NCBI GenBank assembly: GCA_964035545.1
Contig: OZ037772.1
Coordinates: 11,778,818-11,842,817, forward strand
Length of the DNA stretch: 64,000 nt
Direction of reading: 5' to 3'
Origin: Bugula neritina
Lineage: Eukaryota > Animalia > Bryozoa
The position numbers and the translations under genes were made by a program. Below, in pieces: positions 1 through 9,734 of this stretch; the first letter of the stretch is position 1, and each line of letters opens with the position of its first letter. Under the pieces are notes generated by a model. The model saw only the letters and a list, made by a program, of their open reading frames with translations, did not search any database and was not told the DNA's origin.

Positions 1-90
1 AGCTAACACTATAGTAAACTAAAATCATTCTCATGTTAATAATATTCTAACAGGTTAGTGGTGAGATATCCAAAAGAAATATATTATTAC

Positions 91-219
91 TTACTTTTTT
101 CTTTTAGAAGGCTTTAAGGCTTTGAGTGGTTCAACTGTACTGGAACTAGTACTCGTTTCTCCCACTTTTCTTCTGAGTTGTAGTAGTTCAGCTTCTAACT
201 TCTTTACTAAATCTCCCAT
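91..219 (-). CDS. Small 42-aa basic/coiled-coil ORF (MGDLVKKLEAELLQLRRKVG...KPSKRKK)
   Basis: Intronless ORF, TATATAAAAG ~55 nt upstream on the minus strand (~270-280), NLS-like C-terminus; inside the putative Polinton end. Confidence 0.35.
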   Translation of the reverse strand: MGDLVKKLEAELLQLRRKVGETSTSSSTVEPLKALKPSKRKK

Positions 220-907
220 GGTGTTTGCTGTATGGTTTGGGATGCGATGAAACATAGAAGTTTTTCGAGGCTTTTATATACTGAGATTTTGTAATTTATT
301 CCTACGTAAATGAAATTTATCTTAACTAAAAGTTTTCCTCTTTTTTATTATAGGGAGTTGGGTGGTAACATTTTAATTGTAATCTGCCGGTTTAAGGTTT
401 ACTCACGTAAGCAATATTATATCAGTTTACGTAGGTGATACGTGTTTTAACAGTTGCATATGTATTTAAATTTCAACTAGGACACTTCCCATCCGTAAAT
501 TAGAAATTGCCGTGTCATCCATCTTAGCTGAAAAATTTTCCGATTTCTAACTATAATGAGGAATTGAGTTGTTAAATTTTAAATACAATCCACCCATCTA
601 GGGTTTAATTACTGGGCGATATTATATCAGGTTATACAAGATTTTATTATGTTTTACTTCCCATTGATTAAATTGGAAACCGCTGTGTCACCTCCTAATT
701 TTTGCTAATATTAATTTTTACTTTGTCAAAGTTTCAAACATCATTAGCATAAGGTTAATTATCTTTTTTCTGCTTTTTGAGTTTCAGAAAAATTGTGTCA
801 AGTTATAAGTTTAAAAATGGAGTTGCAAATAGAGTTGGACCATAAGACATGTTTTTTGTTTCCATTTAACATTTTATTATAAACTATGAGTTGTATACAG
901 AAAAACA

Positions 908-1423
908 TTACATTCCGTAATAATTATTTTCTAAAATGTGTTTAGTCAAAACTGTTAACAGCTTAGATGGTGAAGACGCATCACTCTGAGACATATTACC
1001 ATTCAAGAAAAAATATTGTATAGTTATAAAATCCCCGTGAACTTTAGTGTTGCAAACAGCTAGTTTTAAATTGTCAGTCATTTCGAAGTGTTTTGTGCAG
1101 TTATTGAACATTCTGTCTAAAGTATAATTAGTTGAAAACATCTTTCCAGAAAAGCTACCATTACCGCTCATAACTATGTTGATTACATTCATTGATAAAA
1201 ATAGTGCTACCAGGATAATAGCGATAGGTTTCTTTTTTAGTTCTGAAAAGCTCCAGTCATTCTTTGCATTATCTCTCCTGGTCGAAACTTTATTAATGAG
1301 TGTATTCCGATTATGTACAACTTTTCTCGCCACATCTAACTCATCTTCAGCCACATTTGCATCTTGTTCATTAAATATAGGATCTTTATTTTGCAAGGGA
1401 AAATTTTCTACTTCTGTCATCAT
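908..1423 (-). CDS. 171-aa intronless single-TM protein, probable element cargo; C-terminal half weakly PC4-like
   Basis: KKKP followed by hydrophobic IAIILVALFLSMNVINIVM; TATA-like element ~1485-1491 upstream and AATAAA ~873-878 downstream on the minus strand. PC4 resemblance (CTKHFEM..LKLAVC...G..ITIQYF) is by eye only. Confidence 0.55.
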   Translation of the reverse strand: MMTEVENFPLQNKDPIFNEQDANVAEDELDVARKVVHNRNTLINKVSTRRDNAKNDWSFSELKKKPIAIILVALFLSMNVINIVMSGNGSFSGKMFSTNYTLDRMFNNCTKHFEMTDNLKLAVCNTKVHGDFITIQYFFLNGNMSQSDASSPSKLLTVLTKHILENNYYGM

Positions 1424-1927
1424 TGATTAACCTTTGCGCTCAAAACATATAACGATGAATGATGTAAATTTCAGAATGGTGATGTTTTATACCAAAAAAC
1501 ACACAAATTTTGACTCGCAAACTGTATAACTCTCAGCTCAGTGAGTAAATTTTGTTACTTATAAAGTTAGTGACAAGGATATACAGCTAAACTAATCATT
1601 GATCCACCTTCCAGTAATTGCTTAAAAAGGTGTATTCACTGTAAGCTAAATTTAATAGCTACCACCTGTCAACTTTAAGGCTTACAATGCTCACATAGTT
1701 AACGAGATGCTAATTTCCATAGCCATAGAGTCTACGCTATGTTGACAAATTGACCGATACGAGATGCTTACTTCCATAGCCGTAGAGGGGCTTATTATAC
1801 TACTGACATGTGCTTACTATTAACACAGAAACATACATATTATTATGTGTAAAATATATGCACGCATTCGATCTCATATGTGAGGAATTGCTGTGTTACA
1901 AATACAAACCTGTCATTTGTTTTGCAG

Positions 1928-1995
1928 AAGAAAAAAAAGCTGGTGATGCAAATGACGCTCTGGACTTCCTTAAGGGTCTTGGCATTGTTGGATAA
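1928..1995 (+). CDS. Probable terminal coding exon of an upstream host gene (..EEKKAGDANDALDFLKGLGIVG*)
   Basis: Acceptor TTTGTTTTGCAG ending 1927, open frame to TAA 1995, AATAAA at ~2036. Confidence 0.45.
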
Positions 1996-2634
1996 ATCGA
2001 ATGTTTAACTCTTGTACTGACATATACTTGCTTTGAATAAAGCAGCACATTCTTTGTTATAAACTTAGTGCAAGTTTTATTTATATTAAAAAAAATCATG
2101 ATGAACCTTTTAAAAAGTAAAATATATATGTTCAAATTAAAAACAACTAATAATGCATTTAGAAATGGGATGCAAAAACGTATCTGGTGCAACTTTTTGC
2201 AAGTTGGAACTGCAAATATAACTATAGCACATTTGTATCTATAGCTTAAGGGGAATTGATGCTTTTTTGTATGATACTTGGCTTTCATTTTGTTCTTATT
2301 TAACTGCTTTGCCAGAAAAATTTGACACTTCAACTACATTATAGTAAGTATTTTCAAACCGAGTTCTTTTGTAAAAAAATTGTAACTGATTATGCATAAA
2401 TTTTTGCAATTGATCATGCAATAAAAAACTAAAAAAATCTAAAATAGTTATTGAAGTTAAAGCATAAGTTGAGAGTTGTCTCGAAAACTCCAGCAAGTTT
2501 TGTTAAAAATTAGATTCCACTTCTTGACAGTAGCAATTACTTTGCAATATGCTTGTATATAAAATATTAAACATATTAAGTTTGACAATCCTGTCTCAAA
2601 GTAGCTGTGTGATTGATTATGACTCATGCAAGAA

Positions 2635-5600
2635 CTATTTCTTCGAGCTGCGATATCGGTCAATTTTCTTTTTGAGTCTCTTTTCCTGTTCCTCCATCTG
2701 CTTTCGCTGCCGTTCAATTGCTGACAGTTCTAACCGCAGTTTCCGAAGCAGCTCTGTTTCTTCCTCCATCTGTTCCTCCTCGGTTTCCACCGTCAATTGC
2801 TGCCGCTTGTTCCTGTATTCTGTCAGCAGCATTGACTGCCCTTCTTTCAACTCTTCTTCCTGTTTCTGTATCTGGTTTCTGGCCTGGAAAGTGAGAGTGA
2901 GGTCGTTGTGCCACTTGCCCACCTGCCGTGCCATGTCAGTTCTGGTTGGTGACTCATCACCTTGTAGAGTACTGTCTGTCATATCTTTAGTATGCATACG
3001 TCTGCGGAGATGCTGAGCCTTAAGGATGAAAACTTTCTTTGTATCTAACGACTTTCTCTTTTCTTCCAAAATCAATTGATATTTTCTACATAAGAAGTGA
3101 CAATGCTCTACTAAATAAAATTTTTGAAATGCACTAACTTATTTAAAAATATAATTCAATTTTAGTTAAATTATTAAAATTTTAGTAAATTTGAAAATAT
3201 CAAATTCTGTTTATTCATTAAAATTTAATTATGATTATACTTTTGAGTATATGTTTCAATAGCTATAATATTAAAGTGCAATATTTTAAATATGAAAATG
3301 AACAAGCTGATGAAAGCTAAAGAAAGCTAGGCTGGCATCAATGTCAGGATATACACAAAAAGTGCAAAGTGTATGTGCTATAGCAGTTTAAATATACTTG
3401 AACACTTTTTATGCAAGAACTTGTAACAAAAGATGTAGGTTTAATGTCGCAATAGTTTACACATTACATTGAATTATTATGAACACAATTATACCAATTA
3501 GATTTTCACCAGTCTGAATGCGAAACTAATTTGTTTGAATAGGAATAAAATCAAAGATCGCTGGCTAAACTATCTTTTAAGAACATAGCCAGCAGTTACC
3601 TGGTAGCAGGGCTGTCTTTATATCTTGCAAGAGTTGGATCTGAAAGAAACCTCTTTACAGTTTCATTTATTATGGTTCTTAGATGATCATCTAATTCTTC
3701 TTCCTCTGCAAACTCTGTCTTGTATGCCTATATTGAAAGCTCTGATTGGTCAGTTACAATGTAGGTCAGTTAAAATGTAGGTCAGGTACAATGTAGGTCA
3801 GGTACTTAATGTACTTAATTAAATAGATGCTGTTGTATCCTGGCTAAGTGTCCACATCTGTTTTACCAATTATGTGTGAAAGGTTAATGTACTTATGTTA
3901 TTAGTCATGGTTTTGAGTGCAATATTATTATGTGCTTGATTGTAAAGCAGTCAGTTATTATAGCGAGTGCAAGCAGTGCAGAATAAACTTTTACTCTCCC
4001 TTTACACGCAATCCACATTGTTACAATGGCGACGAGAATATAAACTATATTACTTACAACTGGAATATTACTACTCTGGGCAATTTCTAACCATGGCTGT
4101 CTCTCTGGACACTAGTACAAGCAACGTGAGGACTTTTTCTGTGTCTACAGATCCCCTGACTGTTGGATCAAGGTGGAAGAAGTGGAAGAGGGCGTTTGAG
4201 TACTTTGTTGTAGGGAGAGGGGTTACAAATGCTGCTCAGAAAAAGGCACTGCTATTAAACATGGCTGGTGAAGAAGTGCAAGACATATTTGAAGTACTGC
4301 CAGCTGGAGAGGGTGCTAATGAATATGCCAGGGCTATGGCAGCACTAGATACTCACTTTACACCCAAGACGAACATTCCCTATGAAAGGTCGGTTTTTCG
4401 TAGAACAGAGCTGACAAGTGGGGAGACAATCACAAACTACATCACAAGACTACGACAGCTTGCTATTACCTGCGAATATGACGATGTGAACAATGTAATT
4501 AGAGATCAGGTAATTGAAAAATGTAAGTCTAGTCATCTACGTAGGAAATTACTAGAGAGAGGCTCAGAATTGACACTGGCTCATGTAATTTCTATTTCTC
4601 AAACGGAGGAAGCTGTCAGTATGCAAAGTGCGGACATTCATAGCTCTGGAGCTGCTGTAAATAATGTGAGGAATGGCAGAAGTAAACCACACAAGAAAGA
4701 CACACATTATACGTCAAAGGAAAAGAGCTGTTTCAGGTGCAAATCTACAAGACATGTAGCCTCTTCAAAGGAATGCCCAGCTCGCACAAAGATGTGTAGA
4801 TCATGTGGCAAGAAAGGACATTTTGCCGGGGCCAAGTTTTGCAGAGGAGCTAAGGGACAGATAAACTCTATGGATAATAGTGCTAAGAAGTATACTGCTG
4901 ATACTGAGGATGATATTGAAGCCTTGTTTACTGTTAGTGACAATACTGGAGGTGAGATGTTCAACATCAATGCAGCAAGGTCAGCTAAGCTCTCAGTTCA
5001 GGTGAACAATACCAATTTATCTGTACTAATTGACTCAGGAGCTTCTAGCAATTTATTAGATAGAAATACTGCTAAATTAGTAGGTTGTGTAGTAAAACCA
5101 ACAACCAAACAATTATTTGCTTATGGTAACAAATCTGCATGCTTAGACTTGATAGGTGAAACTGATGTAAATGTTTTTGTGCCTTCTACTGGTAAATGTG
5201 TGCATGCTAAGTTTTACATATTTAATGGTACTGCTACTACATTGTTATGTAAAAGTACATCTGAGCAGTTGGGTGTGCTGAGGGTTGGTCCTGTAGGTGA
5301 GGGGGTTCACTTTGCTTCATCGGATCTTGCTAGCGGTGATGGGCAGTCGTGGTTGGATATGTTTCCTGAGTGCTTTGCGGGTGTTGGTTTGTTGAAGGAT
5401 TTGCAGGTCTCTTTACACATAGATCCTAATGTCAAGCCAGTTGCTCAACCAGTAAGACGCATGCCATTTGGTCATAGGAATAAAGCTAAGGCTAAAATTG
5501 ATGAATTGCTTGCTGCCGATATTATTGAGCGAGTTGAAGGTCCTACACCTTGGGTTAGTCCTATTGTCACTGTGCCTAAGGATGGTAATGATATACGTCT

Positions 5601-8600
5601 ATGTGTAGACATGAGACAAGCTAATAAAGCAATAATTAGGGAAAGGCATCCAATTCCTACAGTCAAAGAGCTGATGTACAATCTCAATGGTGCTAAAGTT
5701 TTTAGCAAAGCAGATTTAAAACTTGGTTACCATCAGTTAGAACTTGATGAAGCCTCTAGGGCTATTACAACATTTGCCACACCATTTGGGGTATTCAGAT
5801 ATAAGAAGCTTAATTTTGGGGTAGCATCTGCTAGTGAAGTTTATCAGTATCACATACAGAGATCTATAGCAGATTTGGAGGGTTGCCAAAATTATGCTGA
5901 TGATATTGTTATATATGGCAGTAACAAACAAGAGCACGATGCTAGGCTTAGAGCATTTCTCAAGCGCATGAGTAAACTAGGGTTGACATTAAATGCTGAA
6001 AAGTGCAAATTTGGCTGTAGCAAGATCACTTATGTAGGCTATGATATTTCAGACAAAGGTATATCAGTAAGTGACAAGAAAGTCAAAGCAATTGTACAAG
6101 CTAGGGTCCCAAAGGATGTTACAGAGCTGCGTAGTTTCCTAGGTCTTGTGAACTTTGTGGGTAAATTCATTCCTAATTTATCTACACATGCTGAGCCTCT
6201 GCTGAGGTTAGTAAAGAAAGCAAGTAAGTTTCAGTGGTCTAGTGAGCAGCAAGCTGCCTTTGATAAAATCAAATCTATGATGGCTCAGAGCAAAACACTA
6301 GCTTATTTCAACCCAAATGCTGAGACAACTGTTACAGTTGATGCTAGTCCGTATGGTTTAGGTGCTGTTCTAAGTCAACGTGTTGGTGGTTGTGAGAGAG
6401 TTGTTGCATATGGGCATCGCAGTTTGTCAGCCGTGGAGCGCAGATACTCTCAGACTGAGAGGGAAGCTTTAGCTATAGTATGGGGCTGTGAACACTTTGC
6501 CATATACTTGATTGGAACTAAGTTTAGGTTAGTGACTGATCATAAACCGTTGGAATTTATTTTCAATCGTGTAAACTCAAAACCATCAGCTAGGATTGAA
6601 CGCTGGGTGCTTAGGCTACAAGCATTTGACTATGAGGTGGTCTACAAGCCGGGGTCAATGAACATAGCTGACCCACTGTCTCGTTTGTCAGTTGATGAGC
6701 ATACCCCTTATAATGTGAATAATGTTGCTGATGAGTATGTAATGATGATAGCTAAACTGTCAGTGCCCAAGGCAATGAGTTTTAATGAAATTAAAAAGGC
6801 TGCTGCTAAATGTTTGGAGATGGGCCAGGTTAGAAAGTCACTAATCAGTGGCCTATGGTCAAACTGCCTTCCTGCATACAAAGCTGTCATGACTGAACTA
6901 GCTGAAGTTGAAGGAGTAGTCATGAGGGGCAATAGGATTGTAATGCCTGTGTCATTAAGGTCAGTAGCAGTGGAGTTGGCTCATGAGGGTCACCAGGGTA
7001 CAAGTAAGACAAAACAGTTATTGCGTACAAAATTGTGGTGGCCAGGCATGGATCAGGACGTAGAGAGGTTTTGTAAAGGTTGCTATGAGTGCCAGCTTGT
7101 CAGTGCACCAAGCAGACCACCACCCATGTCCAGTACAAAAATGCCAGACAAGCCATGGGAACACATTGCTTGTGATTTACTGGGTCCATTACCCAATGGA
7201 GAGAGTATTCTCGTAGTGGTTGACTATTACAGTCGTTATTTTGAGGTAGCATTTCTGAGGTCAACAGTTGCTACAAAAATAGTTGAAGCTATTGAAGCTA
7301 TGTTCTGTAGATGGGGAGTTCCATCAAGTATTAGAACTGACAATGGACCACAGTTTGTTAGTCAATCATTTCAGGAATTTCTAAATGAGTATGGTGTATT
7401 CTGGATGTCCACCACACCAATGTGGCCGGCTGCCAATGGTGAAGTGGAGAGACAAAATAGGAGCCTATTGAAAGCACTCAAGATAGCTCACATTTCAGGC
7501 AAAGACCATAAAGCTGAGTTGAGAAAATTTCTGCTAAGTTATCGTTCAACACCACACTCTGTTACTGGTGTTTCTCCTGCAGAACTCATGTTGGGGAGAA
7601 AACTCCAAACGAAGCTTCCTTGCTTAGAGAAGTCAAACAGACTAGATGAAGAGGTACGAGACCGCCAAGCAGTTGCACAGGAGAAGAGTAAGAGTTACTT
7701 GAGTAATCAGGCTCATATGCCCGATGTCAGTGTAGGAGATGAAGTCTTGATTCGTCAGAATAAAACTGACAAGCTCAGTGCAACATATGATCCGGAGTCT
7801 CAACAGGTTGTTAGCAAACAAGGGTCAGAGGTTGTAGTCCAGTCTAAAGAAGGTGTTGAGAAACGCAGAAATGTGTCGGATGTCAAGCCACTGACTCCAA
7901 CTTCGAGTCAGGCTATTGCTGTTACTGATAGGCCTTTGAGAAACAGGAAACCTCCTGATAGATATGGAGTCACAGTGACTCATTAAATTCTTTATTGCTT
8001 GGTAGATTAGTTTATTAGTTGTTAGTCTCATTAGTTTGTAGAGTTCATATTGCAATTTACAGAGTGACTTGACTGGTTTACTTAGTGTTTGTGTTGGTTC
8101 GAGACTTGTGTAATCTGGACCAGTCTGATACTTGCTAGTAGTTGGTTGGCGTGTCTTGCTGGGGCTGTGTGTTGTGGCTGTGGGATTCGGTGGTGGCTCT
8201 GCGTGTCCTTCATTGCAGGTTTGCCCTCAGCTCATTTCACACTGCTCACTGTACTTAGTTTAGTTGCTTTAGTTTGATATTATGCATTTTATGTAAACTA
8301 TAGCTTTTCAAGGTTCACTGTAATTTGGCTTTACTTAGTTTATTTCAGTATTAATTTTATGGTATTATGTTTTTGGTTTACCTGAAGTTTGTTGAATTGT
8401 TATAAATTTTTATTATGCTAGTATTAAAGCTTTTTCAAGAAAGAAAGGGTTGTTGTATCCTGGCTAAGTGTCCACATCTGTTTTACCAATTATGTGTGAA
8501 AGGTTAATGTACTTATGTTATTAGTCATGGTTTTGAGTGCAATATTATTATGTGCTTGATTGTAAAGCAGTCAGTTATTATAGCGAGTGCAAGCAGTGCA

Positions 8601-9657
8601 GAATAAACTTTTACTCTCCCTTTACACGCAATCCACATTGTTACAGATGCCAGCATACAAAGTAAGCATATATACAGTATAGAAGTAATGTATAGTATAA
8701 AATAAATAAATAATAATAGTATAAATAATAATATAAACGCAGCATTGTGTTTCATACGCACTAACCAAACTCATTTCATGGTCGTAATATTTGTATGCTT
8801 TTGAAAATGCTTTCTTTGCTGCAACCTCTTCTTTTCTTTCGTTGGCAGACTTGAGTTGCAGGTGCCCAGTCTGCTGGTCTGCCATAGCATGAGCAACCAC
8901 CTGTTATACATATCACATCTGGTGACACATGTCTCAAACAGCTGATATTTTTAACGGATACCTGATAATCGAATTTACTTTATTAAAATTGCTACAGAAA
9001 AAACTTGTCGCGGGTGTCTAAAGCTACCTCGTGACTCATGTCACATATGACTACATTTGGTGCATATACGATAATGCTTTACTTATTTTGGGTTGGCCGC
9101 AACTATGAAATTTAGGCCTACAATAAAATTTATTGATTGTTCAACTTAGTTATTTAAAATTACTGTAACATTACCTTAAAGTAAGTAGCATACTGTAGCA
9201 GCATCCGTTGCATATGTAACAGTAACATTACCTTAAAATGGTTAACAAGTTTTTCGCTAGTCTTTAACTGACTTCTGTTTGCCGCGGGTAATTTTAAAAG
9301 TAATTTTTGAAACAGCGCTTTAGCTTTTATTAAGAAAGTGTCATCAATATCTAAAATAGACATTTTATAACTGTAGTTGAGAAAAGTTCTTACTTTAGTT
9401 GATAATTTTGTTATAGAGGTAATTATTCATTTAGGTCGTATATGTTAATTAACAATACATATGTTGGCAACTGATCACAGCTAAAATTTCAAATTTATTT
9501 ATAAAATCTATTTTTTATTTAAATATAAAACATTGCAGCACTATATGCAGCTAGCTATGTTTATATGGCAATGCAATTTATATAAAGAATAAGGGCTGGA
9601 AGCAACAGCAACAGTAACAGTAACAGTAACAGTAACAGTAACAGTAACAGTAACAGT

Positions 9658-9734
<77 letters not shown>

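Larger units (their letters stand above)
1..1804. mobile_element. Probable right end of a Polinton/Maverick-like element (left part outside window)
   Basis: Ends ...GGGGCTTATTATACTACT at 1804 (reverse complement AGTAGTATAATAAG..., matching the AGTAGT terminus described for Polintons), followed by GACATG (candidate 6-bp TSD). Subterminal direct repeats 1702-1730/1759-1787. Interior has compact intronless ORFs with TATA-like boxes. No pPolB/integrase/capsid ORF in the window, so the call is inferential. Confidence 0.5.
3831..8645 (+). mobile_element. Full-length Ty3/Gypsy LTR retrotransposon (Mag-like organisation), very recent insertion
   Basis: Identical 195-bp LTRs 3831-4025 and 8451-8645 (TGT...ACA), 5-bp TSD GATGC (3826-3830, 8646-8650), PBS, PPT, single intact gag-pol ORF in PR-RT-RH-IN order. 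Confidence 0.97.

Noticed and set aside
2549-3016. 155-aa Ser-rich plus-strand ORF
   Set aside because: Antisense shadow of the coiled-coil terminal exon of the GTPase gene.
3967-4092. N-terminal extension of Gag-Pol in the ORF track
   Set aside because: Starts at a non-ATG codon inside the LTR and crosses the PBS; first ATG is 4093.
8089-8277. Hydrophobic 62-aa ORF after pol as a possible env
   Set aside because: Non-ATG start, too short, GT-rich UTR composition, no env features.
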